A stretch of DNA of 64,000 bases from Rhizodiscina lignyota (lineage: Eukaryota). The stretch covers positions 2,108,001-2,172,000 of the forward strand of contig ML978121.1 of assembly GCA_010015805.1 (NCBI GenBank), given 5' to 3'. The number at the start of each line of letters is the position of its first letter. The first letter of the stretch is position 1. Under the pieces are notes generated by a model. That model was not told the DNA's origin. It saw only the letters and a list, made by a program, of their open reading frames with translations, and did not search any database. This document shows, piece by piece, positions 1 to 11,473 of this stretch. The translations under genes were made by a program, and so were the position numbers.

Positions 1-997
1 CAGCGCCAATAGACTGCGATGATCAATCACTCCACTCATTCCTTCAACGCTCTGCGTGCCACTCCTTCTTGCCAGGGCCCGGATATGTTATACAGCTCGC
101 CACTTTCGCGGCAGCAATCAGGTACTGATTCACCGATACGCGGCCTCGCAGCCGCTCTAGACTGACTTCATCAAAATGTGGGGAAATACATTCCTCTACC
201 GGGATGCAAGTTCTTCTCTGGTCCCTCAGGCGGGAGCCAGCGTCAAGAAGAACAGCATGCCAACAAATCTGGGTGTACCTGCGGAGTTTCTAGCGCAATG
301 AAGCTTAATCGGCTGTGCTCGTGCAACAGCGCACCTTGCAGCCGGTTCAACGAGCTAGAGATTCAGCCCTTGCGAGAAACGTGCGTAGTAGTATGTTCCT
401 GACATTTCTCACCCTTTCAATACCTCCATATGCTCGCTGTTTTCGGATCTTCATTGGCAAGCCAGGCTGCGCCGCCTTCCTGGGCCCGCCGAGGCCTGGG
501 TGGTGTTTGCCTTTGCGGCGTTGTATCTCTGCATTATGACCACCATCGGGTGCCCGCTTTCCAATGAGATCTTATTCGATTAGATCTACAGACGTGGTGC
601 CTCTTTACCACCCAATCATTCGTATCCTCTCTGACACCTCATCCAAGCATCTCCACGACAATCGTGCAGTTGAGAAAGTAGAGTACCTAGTACCTACATC
701 GACCATGTCTGCATTTGGGTCCATGTTACGCTGCAGGCCGCACATGCTCCAGAATCCTCGGCGTGCCCATTAGGACAGACTCGTTGCAAAGCTGAACTCT
801 GTGTAGCAGGCCAATTCGAGCTACGTTGAAGAGTAAAAGGTATAAAGGCAGGTCTGATTCTCGCAATATCTACCTCTCCATCAGCAACAGCTTCAACACA
901 ACTTTCGCTACTTCTCGATCGATTCTATCAAGACTCTCTCGCTAGCTTTAGCTTCAAAACTACCCTCGTTGACAGTAGCCTCAACTCCACCATCAAA

Positions 998-1719
998 ATG
1001 TTCTTCGATCTCAAGACCCTCGTCGCTCTGGTTGCCTCGAGCTCCCTCGTTGCCGCTGTGCCTGGTGGTTCTCCTCCAGTATACGGCTCGGGCAGCTCCA
1101 GCTCCAGCTCCAGCTCCATCTCCAGCACTGCAAAGGGTGGTAACCACCCATCCACATCTTGCTCCACCAAGTACGAAACCTCCGTCTCGAAGGGCTACAC
1201 CACCTACTACTCCACAAAGGTAATATCATTCTTCCCTTGGGGTACTGGTTTGTGCTGGTACTGACTTTGGAAAAGACTGAGAAGATTCCCGTCACCTACA
1301 CCACTTACATCACCACCAGCTACCCAACCACCATCACCAAGGAGAAATACGAGACCGAGACCTCGACGACCGGCACTGTCAAGACAGTGTACGAGACTGA
1401 CACCTACACGACCAAGGTCCCAGTCACGACGTGGACGGTTCAGACTTATCTCAAGACCAAGACGAACCTCGTGAGTATTTCTGGACGTTCAACACGGCAA
1501 GATTGGAGCTAATACAACACGCAGGTGACCTCCGATAGCATTATCACTAAGACTATCACTGTTCCGGAGACCATCACGACTTATATCCCAAAGACTGAGG
1601 CAGAGACGAGCACGAGCTACTCGCTCAGCTACTCCACCTGCCCAGAGTCCAAAAAGATCTACAAGACAATTACATCTTCTAAGGAGGTCTGCACGACAAA
1701 GGGGGCCAGTGGCTACTAA
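998..1719 (+). CDS. Secreted Ser/Thr/Tyr/Lys-rich protein (~203 aa, 3 exons), cell-wall/extracellular structural-like
   Basis: ATG in caaaATG context and signal peptide MFFDLKTLVALVASSSLVAA. Exons 998-1219, 1276-1470 and 1525-1719, joined by GT..CTGAC..AG (1220-1275) and GTGAGT..GCTAAT..CAG (1471-1524) introns that keep frame. TATAAA near 841. Confidence 0.85.
1094..1123 (+). repeat. (AGCTCC)n hexamer microsatellite encoding poly-Ser
   Basis: agctccagctccagctccagctccatctcc inside exon 1 of the secreted protein. Confidence 0.8.
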
Positions 1720-2328
1720 TAGCATTCCCCTTTCATCTTGCTTGGCATGCTTTGAGGAGACTCTCGATGCAATTGCGTCTAGGCCGGGCAGAGATCCCTC
1801 TCTGGTTCTGACATATCTCCTCCTATTGTAACAGCTTCGCAAATGACATTCTGCCGTAATGTCTAGCAAAAGCTCTGTGTTTCTTTCCTTTCTTTGGAGA
1901 GCAGTCTTGTGGCACGATAGATCTGGAAGTTACACTCCTTAGCCAATGTTGTTTTAGTGGACATGATATAAAATGAATCAATATCGTATGCACAATCAAC
2001 CTCTTCTACGACTGACATTCAAGTAACTCTGTACACTTCAACGACTCGCAGAATGTCCCATCCCACATTCACCTCTAAAAAATTCCAGCAGGACTGTACC
2101 CGTTCCGACGGAGATGACCCCGCGGTTCCTCGACCAGGTTCCCCGCAGAGACTAGGAAGCTACCCCTGAAGCGGCTCCACAGCACCCCTACCTCCTACCA
2201 ACGTCTTTCCACATGCTTCCAGAACCCCACATTCAGGTCAGCGACTACAAGGAATATTTGCAAAGCTTCAACATGACGTTGTCAACTCTCTCCATTCCGA
2301 AGGACAGAATCTTCTCCCATCGTTCGCA

Positions 2329-3566
2329 ATGGCATCAACGGCAGCGTCACAAGCTCCGCCGCCAGGATCACTCCCGACCGCTGCACAAATACCTCTTGAA
2401 TCCTTTGAGCTCCCGACCTTCCCACCCCAGGCCCAAGAGCTGAGAGCTCTGACTTTGACATGCGACATTGCACTCGACAACTACACCGGCCTTCTTACCC
2501 AGCCCTTCAAGGTCACTGACCTCCCTCCAAAGATCGAGTCGCTCACCCTCGAGCTCTTCTCGCTCGGATATCCCGCCGGTTTCCTCGAACAGCTCGCGCA
2601 GAAACTTCCAGAGCTCAAGAGTCTGACAGTTTTCGGGCAGTTACTCGGCGGCGTCTCTGTCGAGACCCACCAGGATGTAGTCAAGTTCTTTGAAATGATA
2701 AGCAAAGGGTTGCGAGAGCTGCACCTACTTGACGTTTTCTCCCCGCCAGGTTTGATAAAGGATGTCGGCAACGTGCTCCAGAAGCAGGGTAAACTGATGT
2801 TCTCCGAGATCAACTATACAACTAGACATGACGAAGACTTCTTCGCCCGCATACCGGGTACGGAATTGCCAGGCATGGTGAACCCAGGACTGATAACATT
2901 CGCTTTGAATATGGCACCGAGCGAGGGGCCGGAAGATGATGATGAAGAGGATAAAGACAAAGGACATGATGAGAAGAGGCAAAAGACAGATGAGCCTAAG
3001 GAGGAAGGGATCACTCCCCTTAATCGCACGCTCGCAGAGGATCTGGTGCAGTACCTCACCGCTGTGACGACGAGACCCCGGACGTTGAAAGTGCTGAATA
3101 CAACTCTGTACACGCTCACGTTCACTCAATTGCGGAGGATCAAGGAAGTCCATACTGGTATCCTAGTGCTCAATGTGACCGTGGAGTTGGAGATGGAATC
3201 GAGCGAGGAGGGTGATGAGGCGTGGAATAAGTGGAAGGCGGAAGTCTTGGAATCGATCGCGTATTGTACGAATCTGGAGCAAGTAGAGATCGTGGCCAGT
3301 CCAGGCCTACAATTTTCTCTTGCGGTGAGTGATCTGGGTCGAAGGATGCGAAAGTTGCGCTGACCGAAAGATAGGTGCAAAACCCTCGACGGAAGATCCT
3401 CGATAGGGTATGGCCAGGCGAGGAGGACATGGCGAAGCTGAAGCAGAAATGTCCAAACTTGATCCTCTTCCAAGGAAGCATTCTGAGGAAACCAGGTGGG
3501 CTGGAGTGGCGGTACGATGACGGGAAATGGACTCGTGGTCTGCTGAGTTCAGACGGAAGCCAATAG
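2329..3566 (+). CDS. Uncharacterised protein with LRR/RNI-like repeats (~395 aa, 2 exons)
   Basis: Long ORF with repeated LxxLxL segments (IESLTLEL, LKSLTVF, LRELHLL, LEQVEIV). Intron 3325-3374 (GTGAGT..GCTGAC..TAG) joins in frame to the 3375-3566 ORF. Confidence 0.75.
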
Positions 3567-3650
3567 CGCAGATTCTCATTTTAAAAGCGGCGAATGGGTA
3601 TCATGAAATGAGGGAGTAACTAGACTTAGTCGCGTACTCCATTATCGTCC

Positions 3651-4200
3651 TCATCCTTTTTCAACCTTTACACCAACGGCTCCGTCTCTGTTAGCTCGCC
3701 ACACTCCTTCCTCGCCCTCGAACTCTTCCAGCTTCCAGACTTCAACCTTCTCTTTGCATACTTCTAACGCTTCCTCGCCAGCCCTCCATGCAGCCTGTCG
3801 ATGTGGTGCAGAGACGGCGATAAGAATGCTTTCTTCCCCGATGGGTACGACGCCAAGTCGGTGTATCATGGCGATGGCAACCAATGAATGCTTTTCTTTG
3901 ACTTCTTTGGCCAGCTTAAGCAGAGTATGTAGAGCCAATGGTGGATACGAAGTATACTGCAGTTGCTTTACAGGCTTCGAATTGAATGTGTCTCTTGTGG
4001 TACCTAGCCAGTCTGTGAGATTTCGACAAGTGCATCTCGTCACGAATAGCCGTACCAGCGAATAGTACAACGGCGCCTGCTTTTGGGCTTTTAACTTTGT
4101 TCATTACGGAGACAACATCGAGGTGATCATAAGTGAGCTCGACGGAAATGCTTTCGTCTTCTCGAATCATGACATCTCCTGCGGCGCCATTGGCAGCCAT
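3651..4200 (-). CDS. MOCS2B: Molybdopterin synthase catalytic subunit (MoaE/MOCS2B family)
   Basis: Motifs AGAVVLFAGTTRD, HRLGVVPIGEESILIAVSAPHRQAAW and KEKVEVWKLE. One intron at 4004-4055. Confidence 0.93.
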
Positions 4201-4379
4201 ATTGTCAGGCTTGGACTCCCGTTTCCGAGCGTTAATGCTTCGTCCTAGTATAAACACGTCCGCTGAGTCGTAACGTCTGGGTAAAGTCACCGACGAACAG
4301 ATCTGTCAGGAAACTAATAGTATTAGACTTCGTCGTCATGTTTGGGGAAGACAAACCACATCCGGCTAGTGCATAATTG

Positions 4380-4445
4380 CCGTATCACGTGCTAGAAGAT
4401 CTGCGCAGGGTAACCCGGCCCGGGCTCGGGCGGATGTTGCGGGCA
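4380..4445. promoter_or_regulatory. Divergent promoter between MOCS2B and the RBM5/10-like gene, with an E-box (TCACGTG) and a GC-rich CCCGG/CCCGGG cluster
   Basis: tcacgtg near 4386 and gggtaacccggcccgggctcggg at ~4408-4430, inside a ~420 bp head-to-head intergenic gap. Confidence 0.4.
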
Positions 4446-4622
4446 CGGACGCTAAGGCTTGTTTTGGCCATGTGCCAAGCCATGCGCGCCGTTATTTTGA
4501 TACTGAGCTTGAACTTCTTCCCCACACCCCACCAACAACTTTCCACCAACACACTTCACGCACGCACGCACTTTACTTTCATCTTCTCACTTTCACACCC
4601 GCTGCGGTGCATTTCAGACATT

Positions 4623-7064
4623 ATGTCATATCGATCCTCGTCCGACCGTGATGGTCGCGACCGCGAGGATGTGCATCGCTCTTCAGATCGCGCACCGCGT
4701 AATTCAAGCGACAGCTACCGCCCAAGCTCGCCACCACGGCACCGAACACCACCTCATGGTACATTTTTGCGCAAGATGGACTATGAGCAGGCTTATTGTG
4801 GTTGACGTCGCTAATGTTCGAAGATCTACCTAGGGGTACACCTCGCGGACCTGCTTCGGAACGTGGCAGAGGATCGGACTGGGCCTCTCGGAGGAGCCAA
4901 GGCGACTCTCGAGACCACTACGGCGGCAGAGACTACGACAGAGACTATGACCGTCGAGACCGCACTGGTTATCGAGATCGAGATCGAGAGAGTCATTACC
5001 CATCACGTAACCGAGACTTCACTCAAAGCGAGTCACCTCCTGAGCCAGAGCCAGTCCCGTGCTCCGATATTAGATTGGACGGCCTACCTAGAAAGATACT
5101 TGAAGATGAGGTTCGTCACTACTCATGCTGGCCAATTCGCCAGAGACAAATCAACATGTCTCTGGGCGCATGAATTTCAGGACTTGAGCTTACACATGGG
5201 CCTCGGATCACAGATCAAGGAACAAATGAAACACTGTAAAGAATACGACGCTATTAAAGACATTTGCGTTGGAACGTTCGACAAGTTTGGTAAGACCTAA
5301 GAAATTTAAGGAGTTTCGATGTTACTGCTTCTGACAACGTCCAGGCCGCCCAAAGGTAGTTGGATTCATTCGTTTCGAAGACACCGAATCCGCCAAGTCC
5401 TTCCTCGAACGAGAGAGTCCGTCCATTTACCTCTACACTGCTCATGGGCCTCGTGGTGATGATGGAGGCAAAGTTGGCATTTCATACAGTGATAAGCGAG
5501 ACGAGCATTACAGGTACATCTGCGCGGTACCCGCCGTAAGTAAGCTGTTATCCCTTAGCTCAACTCATGCTGACCAAATAGTGTGGCAAATTGAATGCCG
5601 CCGATAAGCCCAACTGTTCCAGGTGCATGGCTCCACGTCCAGGTTTGTGTCCCTCATTCCCCCAACTACGAAGTTTTGATACAGTGTAGACCCAGCATCA
5701 CTTTCGAACGTACCGGGCGAGTTCTACAACGACGGCAGTAAAGATGTCGCAGCCGATTCAGATCCCCCCACAAAATTCCTCCTTGTTCGCAAAATTGGCG
5801 ACGCCACAGAAGAAAAGCTCGCAGAGTTCATGACTCAGCTGTACAAGGACGCCCCCTCGACCTCTACACCATCTGCTACAAACTTGGGTGCTCCAGAGGG
5901 CAGTATCAGGCGTGTTCTCATTGCCAGAGACAAAATCACGCGCTTTTCGAATGGTTATGGTTTCGTAGAGTTCCGTTCGGCACAGGTGAGCATTTCTCCT
6001 TGCGGTCAATTTCGAGAACGTTTGGCTCATATTTTCTGTTACACCAGGATGCGCAAGCTGCCTTGGCAAAGTTCGACCAGATCAAGCCGCTTGTCATGCC
6101 TTCTCGTTCCCATCGTCATTTGGAGCACGACGTCAAATTGAACCACATCAATCTTGGAGTCCTCAGGCCTTGGACTGTATCACCGTTCAAAGAGTTTTCC
6201 ATTGCCGACAGCGCGGACCCTTCCAAGCGATATGAGTACTGGGATCTAAAGGCCTATCTCAGCGAATTGGTTGTCTCAGCCGCTCCAGCCACACCTCTTC
6301 CCAAGGAGGCTCAAGAGACCAAGGGCACGAAACGCAAAGCGGCGACTCAGAAGACAAGTGAGAAGAAGAAGGCCCTGCTCCCTGCACACCTGGACCTATG
6401 GCATAATCGACATGCCGAACTGCATGGGGGCAGGTCGAAGGAGCAGAAGGCACCTGCACAAGAGACCTCGCAGGAGGAAGCGGTGGAGCCGCACCAAGCC
6501 CCCACACCGGCACAGTCTTATGCGGATCCCAACAAGCACTGCTGCTACCTGTGCTCCCGCCAGTTCAAGTCTGCTGAGGAAGTGGAGAAGCACGAGAGCC
6601 AGAGCGAGCTCCACAAGAAGAATCTCAAGAGCGAGGAGCTGAAGGCCAAGGCTCTTGAGAAGCTCAAGAAGGCCGGCGTCGCCGAGGACACGCTAGGGTA
6701 CCGAGACCGCGCCAAAGAGCGCCGTCAATTTCACAAACAGCCGAAGAAGCCTTCGGCCACCCCATCTTCGGCATCGAAGCCGAACCCCGCCGAGCAGCCC
6801 GTCGAGGCTGCCGGTGGGGTGTCGAAGGGAGCATCGCTCCTCGGCAAGATGGGGTGGTCGGCCGGTGAGGGTCTGGGAGCAGCCGGTACGGGCATCACCG
6901 TGCCGGTCTCCGCAGACCTTTACGCGGCTGGCGTCGGTCTCGGTGCTGCTGGTGGGCGCCTCGGGGACGCCTCGGAGGCGGCGGAGAAGGACACCCGGGG
7001 AGGGTACAAGGAGTACCTGGAGGACGTGAAGGACAAGGCGAAGCAGAGATACGAGAACATGTGA
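4623..7064 (+). CDS. RBM5/RBM10-like RNA-binding splicing factor (RRM, RanBP2-type Zn finger, RRM, C2H2 finger, G-patch)
   Basis: RD/RS-rich N-terminus, RNP1-like GFIRF and GYGFVEF, CAVPACGKLN...CSRC finger across an intron, CYLCSRQF..H....LHKKNL, YRDRAKERR and G-patch KGASLLGKMGWSAGEGLG. Multiple GT-AG introns. Confidence 0.9.
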
Positions 7065-8150
7065 GGGGGTTATTCACGTTCTCCAGGTGCTCCTTGTAGA
7101 AAATACATACAAATTCAACGACACATCTAAACGTGCACAAATGGACATCAGTCCTAGTATGGTGAATGATCCGACACTCAGTGATAAAGCACACCGTAGC
7201 GGTTCGTTTTTAGAGTGTTTAAGCTTAAGTCCTGCGCGCTCTCACGTGATGTAGCCCCTGATGATAGTACAATCGAAACTAAACACTCACGTGCAGTCTA
7301 TATACGGGGTTTTTGAGCTCGAAGGAATCAATGCTTGGTGCTAACATGCATTCCAGGCAAGTAGTTCTCGCCGACGGAATTATCGATGTTCCTCAGCCCG
7401 ATATGGGATGCAGTCCGACGGTTCAGGAACGGAGAGTGTCGAGACCTTTCGTGGGTGCGTGACGTGGATATCGATACCGATGATTGACCCCGAGTAGCAA
7501 TACTTGTCGAGCATCTAACCATCATTGAATTGATACTCTATCTAACCCAGCAAGGAACTTATTGAGCTCCCAATAATGATAGCATTAAGCTCAACCTCCG
7601 TAGACCTTCATTTTCACGAACTTCCGAAGCGTTTACAGCTGATCATCGAGATATAGTGACAGCTTGCCTTCTTAGCGCCAAACATATTCCTCGACTAAGC
7701 TCAATTTCCATGTTCGATCAAAGCGCTCACAGTCCTGTCAAGATCAAACCGCTCGTTGTGGGTTGTTAAGGCCGTCAATAAAATCTGAGATGGTATAAAT
7801 TCTTTAGGAAACTGCGACTGCTGAGCTCTTGGCGGCCACCGACTTGTGTTCGCTCGACTTCATGTCCGCGGAGCGCGACATCTTCAATTCGGTTACTGTA
7901 GAGATGAAACCAGTGGCAATGCAAGCGCGATGTCATCTGACCGATACCTTTCTCTTTAGACCGACTGACCTTCGCGGAGTCTTCACAACCTTCACTTTTC
8001 ATACCTCTGACCTGTAACACAGAACTTTCTGGCTCCTCACTTCTCTGTTGCTCTGTTGGTTACACCGCAATCTGAATTCAACCAGCTCTTTAAGACTCCC
8101 TCGCTTGTCCCTAAGAGTGAAACATCACCGTTTCTTAGCTTAAAGTGAAA

Positions 8151-8704
8151 ATGCGACCTCCAAGCATCTTCAGCCCGCTGCTCTCCCTCAGCCTCCTGGC
8201 CATCCTTATACCTTTCTCCTCTGGATTGGCTCAAGGGAATCCGTCATTCGCCTATCATATCCAATCATAGTGCTAACAACAGCTTTAGGCAACGAACCTT
8301 CCCCGACATCGTCCCTCCGCGGTCCGTACTCGCGCCCTGACAATCCGACACCAACACCCTCCCCTTTGCCCATGCCACTTCCCGAAATATCCGGCAGTGA
8401 GTTTATCTGCAACGCCAACGACGAGATGTATTGCCCATTCGAGGTATGTGCCCTCTCATTCCATTTGTCACTCTCCATGCTGAATATCTCACAGTGCCAA
8501 CGCTTTGGACAAACGTATGGCTTCAACGATGGATCCTGCACTGACGACGGCGAGTGCTGGTGCTTCCGCGACGACGGAACACAGAAGATGTGGAAGGACA
8601 AGCGTGACCTGAACGAGGGGAATGTTTGGGGTCACCACTGGTATGACAAGCGTGCAGGACGCTGCAAGATGTGGCCACTGGTTTGGAGAGGCGCGCCATG
8701 CTGA
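8151..8704 (+). CDS. Small secreted cysteine-rich protein with a CSalpha-beta defensin-like domain; first donor non-canonical, so possibly a pseudogene allele
   Basis: Signal peptide MRPPSIFSPLLSLSLLAILIPFSSGLA. After removing intron 8444-8494 (GTATGT..CAG) the core reads ICNANDEMYCPFECQRFGQTYGFNDGSCTDDGECWC, i.e. C-x7-C-x3-C-x13-C-x5-C-x-C. The 3' end is uncertain: an alternative GTATGA donor lies at 8641. Confidence 0.7.
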
Positions 8705-9208
8705 GTGCTAAACGCGTACAGATGAGCGAGTGGTCGGGCTGGTCTGCGATGAGACTCTGGATGTGATGATATGGGCTTGGTATCAGAAACGTCGATATGG
8801 TTCGTATTCGTGATGAGGGATTTTAAAGTACGGGCTATTCGGTTTGGATATGCAAGTTTGGATAGGTCGCGCGTTCCTGGGGCAGTGGCGACATCGGCTT
8901 TGGTTGTCTTCTTGCTTGCGGAGCGATCTGCATTTTGATGGTTTGTGTTAGTACAATGAATGTATAAACTGAGAATTTTGATTCACCAGTTTATTTGCCC
9001 CTCGTTATGATGATGGCGAAACGTCTTTGTTCTGAACTCCCCTCGCAGGGAAGGGGTAAAAATAGTCCAGTCTGGGGTTCCTACATTCAGGCCGCCCTGT
9101 TTGGAAGCAAACTGAAAAAAAGCCTTATATATAACTTGCGTAGACCAGAGAATTCAAAATATCTACAGTTACCTCCTTTCCTTTCTCAGACGGCCAGAAC
9201 TTCGCTGA

Positions 9209-9736
9209 ATGGATTCCGAGAGATTTAGAGGGTACAAAAGCATACCCATTTACATTGCAATTATGAGCGAGGGCCGCGTACCATCGCATGCAGAGGAGCG
9301 CTTGAGGAGGGGTCACAATGAATTCTCTTGGGCCATCTACATCGACGGTGACCCCGACAGCTTCACCGCCTCCTGGAAGGTTGGCAGAGATAAAAATCAG
9401 CCATGGCTGGAGTACCCTGGTGAGACGAAATTTGTATACTCTGTCTGTCCGAACGGGGCTTTGCTATGCGATGATGCAATACTGGGGTTGGTTCCTGTTG
9501 GGTTACTGGATCCTGGCGCTTCGTTTGCGGAAGTGGATCGAAGGCTCGCAGCAATCTCGTTGCCATCATGCTATGAAGATGTCGGGGATTGGCTTCGAAA
9601 GTCTCTCGTGGTATTACAAACGGAGGGGTGGGTTTCTGGGTTCGACGCTCGGAAAGTAGAAGCAGAACTTCTGGTGATAGCGCGCAGATTGGGGGATCGG
9701 TCGTTGGGCACGAACAGAGAAGCACAGTCAGCGTAG
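9209..9736 (+). CDS. Hypothetical protein (175 aa, single exon)
   Basis: ATG-initiated ORF with globular-looking composition (IYIAIM...FSWAIYIDG...DWLRKSLVVLQTEGWV). No family confidently recognised. Confidence 0.6.
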   Translation: MDSERFRGYKSIPIYIAIMSEGRVPSHAEERLRRGHNEFSWAIYIDGDPDSFTASWKVGRDKNQPWLEYPGETKFVYSVCPNGALLCDDAILGLVPVGLLDPGASFAEVDRRLAAISLPSCYEDVGDWLRKSLVVLQTEGWVSGFDARKVEAELLVIARRLGDRSLGTNREAQSA

Positions 9737-10663
9737 ATGCTGCCTCGTAAAATGTTGTTTGGCGCGCAAGGAAAGATGTGCAGACGCTCAATTACAGTAC
9801 TGCAATTTATGGGAGACCAATAGAAGCGGATCAAGCAACAAGAGGGATAGATGGTCTTTTGACACTGTGAGCGGCAAGCCGCTGTCTAAGTCAAAAGCTT
9901 GGCTAAAACAATCAGACTGGAAATCAATTGAGCCTTATTCGTGGAGTGGGACGAAGATTTGAGCATTGTTCTTGCTGAAGGGACGAAGTGATGTTACGAT
10001 GATCTTGACGTACTAACTGTTTCAAGAATAATTACACGCTTCCGTGAAATATATACCATGTAGGGTTAGAATGGTTATTCAACATATCTTCGGGCGACGT
10101 CGCAATGAAAGGGGTTTCGAAAACGAAAAGCCACATTTCCATCTTCTGTTCAGTTTCTTCGGGAATGGGACTCGCTCAGCCTATGAGATCCAGCACCGGC
10201 ATTCTCTAAAGTCGCTACGATAAGTGTTATTGTAGCTCATCGCGCTAAGTTTGCGAACATCGCATTGACATCGCATTGAAGAATCTCTCTATCTAAGATG
10301 ATTAAAGTATGGGTTAATGGGCTAACTGATATTATATTGGAAAGGAGATAGCTACAGCAAGTTTCACCTCTACTTTGTTCCACCAGCATTTGGGCATCGA
10401 CTCCAGCGTGTAGGACTCAATATTCGACCCAAACAAGCAGCCCAGCATTTGATTTCGCGGGACGTTAACCTTAGGAATACTTCCTGCGCTTCGAATATAT
10501 CCATCGCAGATATAAAGAGCTTGTGCTATGATAGAAGGCAAACTGGTCTTTTCTTTAGACTGCGTTTGCGACTGGCGATCTAGTTGCGCCTCTTGACAAG
10601 ACCAACTTGATTCCAAGTCAAGGATTCTTAAACACCATCTTTGGTACACGGATAGCTCGACTT

Positions 10664-11473
10664 TCAGCGTGCCGAATAATACTCTCCATATCCACCGTGG
10701 GTGCCCATCATCGGGTACCTTCCCCGCCCGTTAAATCCACCGAAGTATCCTGGAGGCCTTCTTGGTCCCAGCCCTGGTCCAGGCATACCTCGACCCCGTC
10801 CCCCGCCGGGCATGCCATGTGGTGCACCAAACTCATTATCGCCGCCCTCATCAGGATGATCCTCCCCGCCAACGCCACCTCTGAGCCCATAGCCGTTGCC
10901 CATATCATATAGATCAGCATCGTCTTCATCATCACCCTCTCCGTATGGATTACCTTGACCTCGACCAGCTCCTCGACCAAATCCACCTGGCCTTGCACCA
11001 AAACGACGTGCTAAATACTCGCCGTCAGCTGGCGAACCATCGCCGTAGTACATATGATCGCCACCTCCAGGGACATATCTCATTCTCTCCTCGCGTCCAT
11101 AGGGCTCTTGTGGAGGACGTACTCTCGCTCCAGGAGTCCTTTCATTTTGCCCGAACCCGTATCCATCTCCATCACGGCCTGTGTCGCCTGCGCCGCCGTT
11201 TCCGTTGTCATGGATGTCTGCAAGATCGATACCATACTCGTCATCCTCGTCTTGGCCGTATGCACCGCCCTGTCCAGCTTGTCCGCCATGTCTTGTTGGA
11301 GCACCCTGATTAGGCCCACCAGGAGCGTTGAGGCCTAATGCAGGAAGTCCGGCTGGGAAGTAATGCCTGAATTGCTCTGCCCTTGCAGCATTAGCATCGT
11401 ATTTGTATGTGCTGGGCGGAAGAGGGCGATGCGGAGTAGCGTCGTCGTCGTCGTCACAAACGATACAGCACAT
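10664..11473 (-). CDS. Gly/Asp-rich low-complexity protein with N-terminal MCCIVC and C-terminal RGG-like tract (~269 aa)
   Basis: Uninterrupted ORF from ATG 11473 (MCCIVCDDDDD), with GGGRGRG and GGFNGRGRY segments. Confidence 0.7.
   Translation of the reverse strand: MCCIVCDDDDDATPHRPLPPSTYKYDANAARAEQFRHYFPAGLPALGLNAPGGPNQGAPTRHGGQAGQGGAYGQDEDDEYGIDLADIHDNGNGGAGDTGRDGDGYGFGQNERTPGARVRPPQEPYGREERMRYVPGGGDHMYYGDGSPADGEYLARRFGARPGGFGRGAGRGQGNPYGEGDDEDDADLYDMGNGYGLRGGVGGEDHPDEGGDNEFGAPHGMPGGGRGRGMPGPGLGPRRPPGYFGGFNGRGRYPMMGTHGGYGEYYSAR

Noticed and set aside
1..900. Short ORFs 178-402, 315-539 and 564-773
   Set aside because: No motif, splice support or codon bias; most likely the promoter region of the secreted protein gene
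998..1719. Fungal RiPP (Kex2-processed repeat) precursor
   Set aside because: No KR-delimited repeated core peptides and no UstYa/DUF3328-like neighbour seen
7200..8100. Two CACGTG boxes, an acceptor-like GCTAAC..CAG and short ORFs
   Set aside because: No coherent gene model could be built; may be regulatory sequence or a remnant
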